From Armatimonadota bacterium (GTDB taxonomy: Bacteria > Armatimonadota > SYMT01): 64,000 nt of DNA. Positions 44,670 through 54,516 of the stretch are shown here, piece after piece (position 1 is the first letter of the stretch; each line of letters opens with the position of its first letter). The translations under genes and the position numbers were made by a program. Under the pieces are notes generated by a model. The model was given only the letters and a program-made list of their open reading frames with translations. It searched no databases and had not been told where the DNA came from. The stretch spans positions 1,184,001 to 1,248,000 of the forward strand of contig JAWLHY010000001.1 in NCBI GenBank assembly GCA_041690135.1, written 5' to 3'.

Positions 44670-45296
44670 TCAGAGGCCTCTCCAGCCTCGCTCCGGTCCG
44701 CGGCGCCTGCCAGGGGCTCGCTCCGGGAACTCTACCTTGCTGTAGACCCGCGGCAGCGAGAGGACGCAACCGATGGAGGCCAGCGCCAGTACCCCGTCCG
44801 CGTCGCCACACTCGCCATACACCCAGTCCGATCCTTCCTCCTGCCGGACGAACCGTTCGATCCGCGCCCGGTCCGAGGCAACGAGGACATACTCCCGAAG
44901 CGACTCCAGCGTCTGATAGTGGGCGAACTTGTCGCCCCGGTCGTACGCTTCCGTGGTTTCGGAGAGCACTTCGATGATCACAACGGGATTGAGCAGCGTG
45001 CGCCGGTCTTCGGGGTCGGCGTGGGGGTCTCCACAGACCACGGTCACGTCCGGGTAGGTGTACAGGCCCGTGCTGGGGATTTTCACTCGTTGGTCACTCG
45101 GATAGACCCGGCACGGCCGCTCCTCGAGCTGATTGCCCAATTCCCGGATCAGGTTGCCGACGATCAGGTTGTGTTCGAGAGTGCCGCCCGCCATCGCGAA
45201 GACTTCACCGTCGAAGTACTCGCTCTTCTCGTCCGCCCGCGCATCCAGTTCCAGGTACTCTTGCGGGGACACCCACTCCCGAATGGGCTCGAACAT
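44670..45296 (-). CDS. Uma2 (DUF820) family putative endonuclease
   Basis: EYFDGEVFAMAGG, YPDVTVVCG, IIEVLSETTEAYDRGDKF..Y..LESLREYVLV. Confidence 0.92.
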   Translation of the reverse strand: MFEPIREWVSPQEYLELDARADEKSEYFDGEVFAMAGGTLEHNLIVGNLIRELGNQLEERPCRVYPSDQRVKIPSTGLYTYPDVTVVCGDPHADPEDRRTLLNPVVIIEVLSETTEAYDRGDKFAHYQTLESLREYVLVASDRARIERFVRQEEGSDWVYGECGDADGVLALASIGCVLSLPRVYSKVEFPERAPGRRRGPERGWRGL

Positions 45297-45541
45297 GCCT
45301 GTCTCCTCTCGCTGCGGTATTCTGCACAGCCGTTCAACTCGAGAAACTTCAACCTCGCGCCCTCTCCAACCTGCTCGGCCCGCCTGCACTCTACGGAAGG
45401 CATTCAACAACCCAGGCACGCCCCGGAGAGGCGAGCTTACTTCGCATGCTATCCGGCGGTATGACAGGACCTACGCCAGACGGCGTCGCTGCTGCCCGAA
45501 AACGTCCAAAACTGTCCAACTTGCCCCTCCTGAAGGTCCCA

Positions 45542-46408
45542 TCAGCCCTTAATGGCGCCGGCGGTGAGCCCCGCGCTGATCTGGCGCTGGAAGAACAGAT
45601 AGACAAGCATGGTCGGCAGCATGACCATGAAGAGGGCGGCGAACAGCGCCCCCCAGTCGGCGCTGTACTGCTGGCGCTGCGTAATTTGTGCCAGGCCGAG
45701 AGGGAGCGTGTAGCGGGCACGGTCGGTGATCAGCACCAGGGCCAGAGGGTACTCGTTCCAGATGCCGATGACGTTGAAGACGCCGGCCACCACCAGGCCG
45801 GGCTTGGCGAGGGGCAACATCACGCGGAGGAAGGTCTGCCAGCGGCCGGCCCCGTCGATGGCCGCGGCCTCGGCAAGTTCCTCCGGCAGGCTGCGGAAGA
45901 ATCCGCTGAGGACGAATACCGTGAACGGCAGCGAGTAGGCGACGTAGACGGCGATGAGGCCGGCGTAGTGGTCCGTGTTGATGAACCCGCGCGGGGCAAT
46001 CACGGGAACGCGGGTTTGGTTGAGCAGCAGGAACAACGGCACCACGGCGAGGAAGATCGGGAATACCATCCCGCCGATGAAGGCGTTCATCAGGGTGCCC
46101 GCGCCCCGGAAGCGGAAGCGGGTTAGGCCGTAGGTGGTCATCGAGCCGACGGCCAGGATGAGCAGGACGCTGACCACCGTGAGGAAGACGCTGTTCAGGA
46201 AGTAGGGGCCGAGGCCCGGCTCTCCCGACATCCCGAACCAGGCGTTGCGGAAGTTGACCCACTGGGGCTCCGTGGGCGGCGCCCAGGCGCTCCGGAAGAT
46301 CTCCTCCGTGCTCTTCAGCGAGGTGTACGACAACCACGCCAGCGGGAAAAGGATGACCAGTGAGTAGAGACCCAGCGCCAGGTAGACGAGCGGGTTGACG
46401 CGTCGCAT
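45542..46408 (-). CDS. Carbohydrate ABC transporter permease (MalG-like)
   Basis: Start MRRVNPL overlaps the upstream stop. EAA loop ELAEAAAIDGA, WNEY, GLTAGAIKG. Confidence 0.92.
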   Translation of the reverse strand: MRRVNPLVYLALGLYSLVILFPLAWLSYTSLKSTEEIFRSAWAPPTEPQWVNFRNAWFGMSGEPGLGPYFLNSVFLTVVSVLLILAVGSMTTYGLTRFRFRGAGTLMNAFIGGMVFPIFLAVVPLFLLLNQTRVPVIAPRGFINTDHYAGLIAVYVAYSLPFTVFVLSGFFRSLPEELAEAAAIDGAGRWQTFLRVMLPLAKPGLVVAGVFNVIGIWNEYPLALVLITDRARYTLPLGLAQITQRQQYSADWGALFAALFMVMLPTMLVYLFFQRQISAGLTAGAIKG

Positions 46409-47325
46409 CACTCGGTCCTCCAGACCCGCTGGAGCAGGGTCGTGATGATCATCACCATTACGAAGTTCACCGCGCCGATGGCGGTGGAGTAGCCGAACTG
46501 CTGTTCCACAAAGCCCTTCTGGTACAGGTAGGTCAGCGCGACCTCGGTCGCGTTGGCGGTGCTGCTGGGCGGGGCCATGATCCACACCAGCGCGAAGATA
46601 TTCATCGAGTTGATGATGAGGTAGATGACGGAAAGCCGCACGATCTCGTTGAGCAGCGGCATCGTTACGTGCCAGAAGCGCTGGGTCTCGGTGGCCCCGT
46701 CGATGGCGGCGGCCTCGATCACATCCGCGGGGATGTTCTGGATCCCGGCCCGGAAGAGCAGGATATAGAAGCCGAGCACGTACCACACGTATGTGGCCGC
46801 CACGGAGGGCAGCACCCGCTTGGGATCGGCGAGCCACACAATGGTGTCGCCCGCATCCAGCACTCCCACGGCGCGCAGAGTGGCGTTGATGAGGCCCCAG
46901 TTGGGGTTGTAAAGGAACATCCAGAGCGTGGAGACCGCCACCACGGAGACCACGTTGGGGAAGAGGAAGAGCGCGCGGAAGAACTCCCCACCCCATAGCT
47001 TGCCGCGGTCGCCCGCCGCGGGGTTCGCCAGGATGTTGGCGAAGAACAACGAAAGCGTGAGGACCGCCGCGGCCACCATCAGGAAAAAGGTGAAGTTGTG
47101 GGAGAGTGCCCCCCGGAACCGGTCGTCCCGAGCGATCTGGGCGAAGTTCTCCAGGCCCACGAAGACCATGTTGCCGGAGACGCCACGCCAACGGTGGACC
47201 GCCACGTAGAACGACTGCGCCATCGGCCACAGCACGAGCAGGCCGTAAAGGAGGAGACCGGGTGCCAGCAGCGTGGCCACGAAGCCCACGGTGCCCCAGT
47301 TGATGCGGCGGCGCTTCGGTTTCAT
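46408..47325 (-). CDS. Carbohydrate ABC transporter permease (MalF-like)
   Basis: FVGLENF, VIEAAAIDGA..QRFWHVTMPLL, FGYSTAI. Confidence 0.92.
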   Translation of the reverse strand: MKPKRRRINWGTVGFVATLLAPGLLLYGLLVLWPMAQSFYVAVHRWRGVSGNMVFVGLENFAQIARDDRFRGALSHNFTFFLMVAAAVLTLSLFFANILANPAAGDRGKLWGGEFFRALFLFPNVVSVVAVSTLWMFLYNPNWGLINATLRAVGVLDAGDTIVWLADPKRVLPSVAATYVWYVLGFYILLFRAGIQNIPADVIEAAAIDGATETQRFWHVTMPLLNEIVRLSVIYLIINSMNIFALVWIMAPPSSTANATEVALTYLYQKGFVEQQFGYSTAIGAVNFVMVMIITTLLQRVWRTE

Positions 47326-47679
47326 CTACAGCGCCCGCCCGCAGTGCCGGCAGCGAAACGTGCCGGCCGGGTAGACCTCATTGCACCAGCCACAATACGG
47401 CGCCCCTTCTTCGCCCTCCGGCAAATGGTCTTGGTAAGCTTCATCTTCGGAGGGCAGCGGTTCTTCCCAGAGTCGGTTCAAGTCGTAGCGGTCCTCGCGC
47501 CGGCGCACCCACCAGGCAACGATTCCGCCTAGCCCTGCCACTCCCAGCCCCAGCATTAGCAGGAGGCGGCCTCGGCCGGGCAGGGGCGCCAGTGCCGCAA
47601 AACCGGCCAGCACCAGGCAGGCCAGGCCCGCCATCAGGGGCGTGTAGCTGCCTCGATTGTTGCGGAGATCGGAAAACAT
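47326..47679 (-). CDS. Small membrane protein with C-terminal Zn-ribbon
   Basis: Two TM helices, CGWC...CRHC. Abuts both neighbours with no spacer. Confidence 0.75.
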   Translation of the reverse strand: MFSDLRNNRGSYTPLMAGLACLVLAGFAALAPLPGRGRLLLMLGLGVAGLGGIVAWWVRRREDRYDLNRLWEEPLPSEDEAYQDHLPEGEEGAPYCGWCNEVYPAGTFRCRHCGRAL

Positions 47680-49440
47680 CTAGGGGTGTTTTACCGCTTT
47701 CAAATGCACGGTGTGTTCTATCACAGGCTGTCCCGCCGGCAGCGGAAGCCGCACCCACAGGTGGCCGGCCTTCCCGTCGTAGCCTGCTTCCGCAGCGGTG
47801 GGGCCTTCGAACTGCAAAGCAGAGGCGGCTCCCCTGACAACGATCTTCGGCAGTTTCCCTCCGGCGGCCTGCACGCGCTGCTCGGCATCCACCGCCAATA
47901 CCAGGGCATCCGCGGTTTCCGTTGGTGCGGCCGACCAGCGCCAGCCGCCGAGACGGATGGGTAGGGACAGGCGCAGCGACCCCGCCGGCCCCTCCCCTGT
48001 GCGCCGGGCGATCATACGGAGGCTGACCCCGTCTTCTGCCGGCGAAAAGAGAAGAGATAGCGCTCCTTCCGGTCCTTCCACCTTAAGGAAGCGACTCTCC
48101 TTTTGCTCCGTGAGGGGCGCCTGCAGTGGCACCACGCCCTTGCCCTCCAGGTGGAGCGTGGCGCCGCCCGGCCGCATTCCGGCGGAGAGCGGCTCACCCA
48201 GGAGTGACAGGCCGGCGATCCCCCCTTCCGGCGTAAGAAGCAACTGCAGGTCGTTCCCGACCGGGATCCACCGCCCTCGGGAACGGCGTCCTCCCCCACC
48301 GGCGCCTCCCGGCCGTCCCATCCCCGCTGCCTGCGCCAGGAACATGGCAATCATCGGGCGCCGGGCCTGGTACTCCGCTTCAGGGAGGGCGCGGATGGTA
48401 TCCAGGGCCTTCAGGAGGTTTTCCGCGGACCCAGCGCCGGGAGAGGGCATGCCCGGGGATTTCGGGTCCGGCCTGGGCGGTACGCCACCGGGCGGGGTCG
48501 GGGGAGCGGCTCCAGGCGCCGGAGGCGTCTCGCTTGCAGGCGGCTGTGCCGCCTTGACGGCCTCTTTCGGGAACGCCGGGGCTTTCTTGATGGCTGCGCT
48601 GATGGCGCCGAACTGGCGCTCGAGCGTGCTCCAATCTCCCGACTTCTGGGCTTCCTGGAAGGCCGGGCCGAGCGGCTTCGTGAGGGCCAGTACCGCGCGC
48701 AAGTCGCGCTTTTGCTCGTGGGCGGCAAGGATTTCATCCAGGAGGGACTGGAGCCGCTCCAGCATCGGTCCTTCGGCCCGACCGGAGGTTGCCGCCGCCA
48801 TCTGTGGCAGTTGGGATCGGAAGGCGCGGAGCTTCCGGATTTCCTCGTCTTGCCGGGCGAAAGCCGCTGTCGCCGGTGACTTCCGGGCCATCGCGGGATC
48901 GATGGGGGCTTTGAAGCCCGGTCGGAGGGTGGCGCTGCGGACCTGGTTGGCGGCCTCGGCAAAGGCCGCCAGGGCCTGATCTTTGTTGCCGGAGCGCGCG
49001 GCGTCGGCGACTTCCACCAGTTTGTTCTGGGCCGGAGCCAGGTCGTATCCCTGCGCCTGTTTGCGGACCAGTTCCTTCAGGACTTCCTGCACCTTCCGCC
49101 GTTCCGGCGAGTTGGGTGGCCAAAGCTGGTCGAGCGGCAGTCCGGGACCGGATTTCTCGGGTGAGGTCGCTTCGGCGTCCTCTGCTTCCAGTGCCCGCAG
49201 GCGCTTTAGCGCGGCATCGAACTCTCCGTTCGCGAGCGCGGTCCGGATTTCCGGACGGGCCTGGCGTACCAGGGCAGCCTGTGTCGGGTCCTCCTTCTCC
49301 TCCCGCTCGTCCAGCGCCACGTAGCGGTTCACAGCATCCCGCGCATCGTGGTAGCGGGCCTGCTGCCACAGGGCGCCCACCCCGCACAGGACTCCGGAGG
49401 TCACCAGGCCGGCGGTCAACCAGCATTCGCGCGGGGTCAT
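47680..49440 (-). CDS. Hypothetical membrane-anchored protein (helical N-half, Pro-rich linker, beta-rich C-half)
   Basis: Start MTPREC at 49440 (ATGA overlap), N-terminal TM helix. Confidence 0.72.
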   Translation of the reverse strand: MTPRECWLTAGLVTSGVLCGVGALWQQARYHDARDAVNRYVALDEREEKEDPTQAALVRQARPEIRTALANGEFDAALKRLRALEAEDAEATSPEKSGPGLPLDQLWPPNSPERRKVQEVLKELVRKQAQGYDLAPAQNKLVEVADAARSGNKDQALAAFAEAANQVRSATLRPGFKAPIDPAMARKSPATAAFARQDEEIRKLRAFRSQLPQMAAATSGRAEGPMLERLQSLLDEILAAHEQKRDLRAVLALTKPLGPAFQEAQKSGDWSTLERQFGAISAAIKKAPAFPKEAVKAAQPPASETPPAPGAAPPTPPGGVPPRPDPKSPGMPSPGAGSAENLLKALDTIRALPEAEYQARRPMIAMFLAQAAGMGRPGGAGGGGRRSRGRWIPVGNDLQLLLTPEGGIAGLSLLGEPLSAGMRPGGATLHLEGKGVVPLQAPLTEQKESRFLKVEGPEGALSLLFSPAEDGVSLRMIARRTGEGPAGSLRLSLPIRLGGWRWSAAPTETADALVLAVDAEQRVQAAGGKLPKIVVRGAASALQFEGPTAAEAGYDGKAGHLWVRLPLPAGQPVIEHTVHLKAVKHP

Positions 49441-51296
49441 CGCTCTTCCCTCCGGCTCCGCCGCCGACGCCGTTGGGGAGTATCTCCCGGTGGGGGCGGC
49501 GCTGTCTTGAGCATCAGTTCGCGCGCCTCCGTGGAAAGGAAGAAGCGGCTGAGCGGCCGGGAGTTCTCGGCCAGCACCTTTCCCTTTCCGTCCAACGCCG
49601 TTACCTCGTACTCGTATTGCATCACCAGCGCTTGGGGCGGGATGTCCGGCACCAGCGTGCCAAGCGGGCAATCGACGGAAGTGCTCTTCACCTTTTCCGC
49701 CGACCACAGCACCGGGTCGTCCCGGAACGCATTCCGCTTCTCCCGGGGAACCCGTCGCAGGAAGGCGCCGCGCATGAACCGAACCGGCCGCACGCGCACC
49801 GCGTATCCGGCGGCTCCTGGCCAACGTTCCCACTCCAGGCGAATAGCCTCACCCGTGGGCGGTGCCTCTCCGAACGTACGGGTCGAAAGGGCGGTCCTCA
49901 GGCGCAGTGGAGGGAGTTGCACCGGCTTATCCTGCACCACGACCCGCTGGGGAAAGCCGGATCCGCCGCGGGGGTCCATTCCCTCGGGTAGGATGGGGAC
50001 CGCGTTCTCTGCTCGCGCGGGCAGCACGACCATCGGCAGATAGATGCCTGCCGGTACGCCGCTGATCCGGAAGCGGCCCCGGCGGTCCGTGCGTCCCCGG
50101 TAGGTGGTGCCCTCCAGCGTCCGCGGGAGGGCGCGGGGCCCGGGCCGACCGTGCCGGCGCTCCGAGAGGATGACCTCCACGCCTTCGAGCGGCTTTCCCT
50201 TCAGGCTGACTTCCCCGGAGACCGGAAATTCGCGGGCTCGCGGGGCGGGACCGGGCAGCTCGACCTTGAGGGCTTCGAAAAGGTCGGCCACCCAGAGCTG
50301 GTTGCGAACTTCCTCCAACTGCTCCCGGCGCTCTCGCAGGTCGTTCTTTTGCTCGTCGTCCAGACCCCGATACGCTTGTACTCGTGCGGCTTCGCGCTCG
50401 GCAACCCCGGCCAACTCGCGGGCCGGGCCCACCTGCTGTAGCTGCAGTTCCAGGCCGGAGAGGTCCAGCCGGAACCCCAGGATCGACAGGGTGGCGCGGG
50501 CCGGGAGGGCCTGCCCCGCATAACGCTCCCGGGCCGCCCGTTCCGCTGCTTCGAGCGCTCGCTGTTTGTAGCGGCGTGCCTGCTGCAGCCGCCCCGCCTC
50601 GCGCGCCGCGCGGTAAAGGGCCTCCGCCGCTTCCTCCGCTTGCGGGCTGCGGGGGTACTCGGCCAGCAGGCGCCGGTAGATTGTCAGGCTTTCCGAACGT
50701 CGCCCGGCCTGGGCCTCTGCGCGCGCCACCCGTTCGAGGGCCAGCGGCGCTTGCGGGCTGGTGGGGTACTCGTCCGCCAGCCGCCGCGAAAGTTCGGCCG
50801 CCCGCTGGTCGTCCGGGACTCCGGCCGCCAGCCATCCCTTTTCGTTCAGGGTGGCAAAAAGCCACTTTGGTTCCTCTCGCGAGCCGACCAGCCCCAGGAA
50901 TGAGGCCCCCTGGCTGTAGAGGAACCCGTCTTCCAGCGCCTCTTCCGCGAAGAGGCTGAAGGGATAACGGTCTGGAAGCGCGCTCAACTGCTGTTCGCGG
51001 TCGCGGCAGTAGTCGGCCAGGGCGGCCTGGGTGTTGGTGCTGACCAGCGTGCCCAGGGACGGAAGTTCCCCAATGAAGGCGCGGAAGTCGGGACCGAAGA
51101 TCCAGGTCTGATACAGGAGCGCGTCGAGCAGAAACTGCTGCTGGTAGTAGGGGATGGGAATCCGCCCCTTGAATTTGGTGACGTCGTGGGTCTGGGCGTA
51201 GAACAGCTTGTAGGCGGCGCCGAGCCAGAAGTAGCCCAGAACCAGCAACATCAGCTTGGCCAGCGTCCGCGCCCAGCTTTGCAGTCTTCGCGCCAT
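49437..51296 (-). CDS. Membrane-anchored TPR protein with carboxypeptidase-regulatory-like beta domain
   Basis: LADEYPTSPQA / LLAEYPRSPQA TPR-like repeats; GKPLEGVEV...TDRRGRFRISGVPAGIY. Confidence 0.78.
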   Translation of the reverse strand: MARRLQSWARTLAKLMLLVLGYFWLGAAYKLFYAQTHDVTKFKGRIPIPYYQQQFLLDALLYQTWIFGPDFRAFIGELPSLGTLVSTNTQAALADYCRDREQQLSALPDRYPFSLFAEEALEDGFLYSQGASFLGLVGSREEPKWLFATLNEKGWLAAGVPDDQRAAELSRRLADEYPTSPQAPLALERVARAEAQAGRRSESLTIYRRLLAEYPRSPQAEEAAEALYRAAREAGRLQQARRYKQRALEAAERAARERYAGQALPARATLSILGFRLDLSGLELQLQQVGPARELAGVAEREAARVQAYRGLDDEQKNDLRERREQLEEVRNQLWVADLFEALKVELPGPAPRAREFPVSGEVSLKGKPLEGVEVILSERRHGRPGPRALPRTLEGTTYRGRTDRRGRFRISGVPAGIYLPMVVLPARAENAVPILPEGMDPRGGSGFPQRVVVQDKPVQLPPLRLRTALSTRTFGEAPPTGEAIRLEWERWPGAAGYAVRVRPVRFMRGAFLRRVPREKRNAFRDDPVLWSAEKVKSTSVDCPLGTLVPDIPPQALVMQYEYEVTALDGKGKVLAENSRPLSRFFLSTEARELMLKTAPPPPGDTPQRRRRRSRREER

Positions 51297-51300
51297 CGGC

Positions 51301-52008
51301 TCAGTCCCCCTCCACCAGGTGCTCGACCCGGCGCGTGACGCTCCAGAAGACCACCGCCGCAACCACCAGCAGGGCCCCCTTGCTCACCCACCACCAGTCC
51401 ACGTACGGGGTCGTTTGCAGCGCGCCGGCCTCGATGGCGATCAGGCGGTCGGTATAGCTATTCAGGTTCAGGAGAGGGTTCACCTGAATCCCCAGGATGG
51501 CGACCATCAATGCCGTCAGGAGATTGGCCACCCAGACCGCCATGGCCACCATGTAGCCGATGAAGACGTTCCCGAAGCGAACGTGGGTCCAGAGCGACAC
51601 CACTGCCAGAACCAGGGCCGTCGGGAACGCGGCCAGGAGGAGCGTGCCGAACGGCAGCGGCTGGATCCCGAAGTGCAACGCCCCCAGAATCCCCGCCCCG
51701 ATCAGGAGTGCGATCCCGAGTGACACCGCGAGCCGATAGGCTACGGTGACCCAGAGCGGGCTTCGCTTCGAGCGGAGCAGCTCGTGCGCGCCGCGTTTTA
51801 GCTCCGCATCCAGCACCCCCGCGGAAAAGAATGCGGCGATCACCGGCACCAGGTGCTCCGCCAGTGACCCGGCATCCGAGACCTTGAAAGCGTCCGCGTT
51901 CCGGAACTGGTGGAACAACACCATCCCGACGAGCAGGGCCACCAGGATGCCGGTCCAGAGGAGCGTCGGCCCCACGATCTTCAGGTTATAGCGGATTAGC
52001 GAGAACAT
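51301..52008 (-). CDS. ABC-2-type permease-like membrane protein
   Basis: About six TM helices, ELKRGAHELLRS motif, located downstream of an ABC ATPase. Confidence 0.75.
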   Translation of the reverse strand: MFSLIRYNLKIVGPTLLWTGILVALLVGMVLFHQFRNADAFKVSDAGSLAEHLVPVIAAFFSAGVLDAELKRGAHELLRSKRSPLWVTVAYRLAVSLGIALLIGAGILGALHFGIQPLPFGTLLLAAFPTALVLAVVSLWTHVRFGNVFIGYMVAMAVWVANLLTALMVAILGIQVNPLLNLNSYTDRLIAIEAGALQTTPYVDWWWVSKGALLVVAAVVFWSVTRRVEHLVEGD

Positions 52009-52018
52009 CAGGGGTCCC

Positions 52019-53422
52019 TTAACGGGTCGGCGGAGGGGTGCTCCCACCCGGTGTAAGTCCTTCCGGCGCGCCATCCGGGCCACTACCCGAAATACCGGCG
52101 GTGGGGTCCGTTTCGCCGTCAAGCGACCTTCGAATCTCCAGCTTCAGGTTTTCCCAACTCCTTTCGTCCAGCGGTAGGCCACGGGTAATCTCACGTCCAT
52201 CCTCATCCAGCAATAATGCCAGCGGCGTAGTGTTGATCCCCAGGCTCCAGGCGAGAACGGAATGCGGCTCGCGGACGTTGAAGTCGCCGCTGGAGGGCCC
52301 GCCCCAATCCGTGACCACCGGGAATTCCGTCCGGGCCAGGCGGCTCACGTCGTCAGCGCCGTTCAGGTCTTCCGATAGGCAGATTCCCACCACGCGGAGC
52401 TCGTCTTGCGCAAAGTGCGCCGGTAGTCCGGAAAGGCGGGTCAGCATCGCAGGTACGCCGCCATCTTTGGGCTGGAAGAAGACCATCAGCAGCGGTCGGC
52501 CCCGCTGGGTCGCCAGGGATACCCGGTGGCCGCGAGTGTCCACCCAGGCGAAGTTCGGCACCGGTGCGCCCCGGCGGTGACGGTTGCCCAGGCGTTTCCA
52601 AGAGGCCGCAACCCGCTCCTTCCCCGGAAGCGCCAGCGCGAGCCAGCCGGCGTGCACGGCGCTGCCCGTCAGGCACAGGACCAGAAGCGAAGCGAGCGCC
52701 ACAGTGGCGGGTGCGGCCTTTGCCCGGCGCCGGCCCTGGTAGCCGAGCAGCATTCCGAGCAGGGTTGCCAGGGTGAGGCCCAAGAACAGGCCGGCGTTCT
52801 GACTGAGATCGATCCGGAAGGCCGAAGGATAGAGGGCCCGACCCGAGTAGAGCGCGAACCAGAGCAGCCCGGCCAGCCCCGCCCCCAGGACGAGTACCCG
52901 GGTGAGCACCACCAGGCAGAAGGCCAGGGTGGTAAGAAAGAGAATCGGCGGCAGGCCCCGGATGAAGGAAAGCGCGTAAACCTCGAGTTGTACCGGCGGT
53001 TTGGCATGGATCTTCTGCCCCGCCATCGCGGCGGCGTACTCCAGTGCGAGGGGCACCAGCACCGCGACCACCATGCCCATCCAGCGGCCCAGAATGATCT
53101 CTTCGGAGCCGGTGAGCTTGCTGTCCGTGATCTCCGTTACTTCGTACCGGACGGGGCGGTGGGCCAGGCTGGCGGTCAAGAAGAGCAGAAGAATGGCTGC
53201 CAGGGGAGCTACCTGATGCGAGAGGTCCCAAGCGATGGGGAACGACGAGGGGTCGGGTTGGGTACGCGCCGTAAGGTAGCCCAACGCGGCCAGCACCAGC
53301 CCCATCACCCACGGAGCGGGCGTGGCGAGGTTGAGGCGGGCCTCCAGGAGAGCTGTAGCCTGGCAGCGTTGCCCCGCCGCGATGAAGTTCCGCAGGCGGT
53401 GCCCGGGACCGCTAGGGACCAA
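52019..53422 (-). CDS. ABC-2-type permease fused to a CxxC-less TlpA/redoxin domain
   Basis: TTG start at 53422 after GGAGGAGG. About seven TM helices, then PVPNFAWVDTRGHRVSLATQRGRPLLMVFF...VVGI...FPVVTD...GINTTPLALLLDEDG. Confidence 0.75.
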   Translation of the reverse strand: MVPSGPGHRLRNFIAAGQRCQATALLEARLNLATPAPWVMGLVLAALGYLTARTQPDPSSFPIAWDLSHQVAPLAAILLLFLTASLAHRPVRYEVTEITDSKLTGSEEIILGRWMGMVVAVLVPLALEYAAAMAGQKIHAKPPVQLEVYALSFIRGLPPILFLTTLAFCLVVLTRVLVLGAGLAGLLWFALYSGRALYPSAFRIDLSQNAGLFLGLTLATLLGMLLGYQGRRRAKAAPATVALASLLVLCLTGSAVHAGWLALALPGKERVAASWKRLGNRHRRGAPVPNFAWVDTRGHRVSLATQRGRPLLMVFFQPKDGGVPAMLTRLSGLPAHFAQDELRVVGICLSEDLNGADDVSRLARTEFPVVTDWGGPSSGDFNVREPHSVLAWSLGINTTPLALLLDEDGREITRGLPLDERSWENLKLEIRRSLDGETDPTAGISGSGPDGAPEGLTPGGSTPPPTR

Positions 53423-54323
53423 CGGTAACCTCCTCCGCAGCGGTAGCAGCCGGAACACCTTCGCCCATGATCCAGACGTAGGCGTCTTCCAGGGATGGGG
53501 TGCGAGGCTCCACTCCGGCGAAGTCGACGGCATCGGCTACCAGGCGGACCACCACGCCCCCCGCTTCCCGCTGCACTTCGGTCACGGCGTACCGCTCCCG
53601 CAGCCACGCCAGCCAGGCATCGTCCGTCAGTACCTGCCAGGTTTTGCCGCGGACCTGCTCGATCATCTCCGCCGTGGAGCCGTTGAAGATAATTTTGCCC
53701 CGCTTCATCACGGCGATCGTCTGTGCCGTGCTCGATACGTCGGCCACGATGTGCGTGGAAAGGATAATGATCCGGTCCCCGCTGAGCTCGGAGAGGAGGT
53801 TCCGCACGCGGATCCGTTCTTCCGGATCCAGTCCGGCGGTCGGTTCGTCGAAGATCACCAGCCGGGGCTCGTGAATGATCGCCTGAGCGATCCCCAGGCG
53901 GCGCTTCATGCCGCCGGAGAGCGCCCCCACCTTTCGCTTCCGGAACTCCGTGAGGTTCACCCGTTCCAGTACTTCGTCGATCCGCTGGCGGCGGATTTTC
54001 CCTCGCGTCAACCCGGCGAGAAGCCCCATGTAGTCCAGGCACTCCACCACCGATAGCGAGGGGTAAAGACCGAAGTCCTGCGGGAGGTAACCCAACTGCG
54101 CGCGGACCGCGGGCTTGTCGTAGCGGATGTCGTGCCCGTCCACCAGGGCCGTCCCCGAGGTGGGCTCCAGGAGCGTTGCCAGCATCCGCATAAAGGTCGT
54201 TTTCCCGGCCCCGTTCGGACCGAGCAGCCCCACCACGCCCTGCTCCAGCTTCAGATTCATCGGGTGGACGGCGGTCACGTTTCCGGGGTAGGTCTTGGTC
54301 AGGTTGATCGTGAGAACTTGCAA
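53412..54323 (-). CDS. ABC exporter ATP-binding subunit
   Basis: TTG start after GGAGG. GPNGAGKTT, LSGGMKRR, FDEPTAGLDP, STH. Confidence 0.93.
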   Translation of the reverse strand: MQVLTINLTKTYPGNVTAVHPMNLKLEQGVVGLLGPNGAGKTTFMRMLATLLEPTSGTALVDGHDIRYDKPAVRAQLGYLPQDFGLYPSLSVVECLDYMGLLAGLTRGKIRRQRIDEVLERVNLTEFRKRKVGALSGGMKRRLGIAQAIIHEPRLVIFDEPTAGLDPEERIRVRNLLSELSGDRIIILSTHIVADVSSTAQTIAVMKRGKIIFNGSTAEMIEQVRGKTWQVLTDDAWLAWLRERYAVTEVQREAGGVVVRLVADAVDFAGVEPRTPSLEDAYVWIMGEGVPAATAAEEVTVGP

Positions 54324-54516
54324 GCGGGCAACCTCCGTCCAGAAGCAGACTTCAATATAGACGCCGCTGAGCATAACAGGTGACTGTGGTTTAGCACGGT
54401 TGGGCATTGGGAGCGCGGATGTCCCGTCCGCCGGGAAAAAGGCGAAACTCGCGCGCTACCAGAAGCTACTCAATTCATCGTAAGAAGGTCGGTGTCTCGA
54501 AGATGAGGGTGCGGTC

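Noticed and set aside
44670-45296. Uma2 gene as a defence system
   Set aside because: A solitary member of a commonly expanded family, with no methylase or other defence partners.
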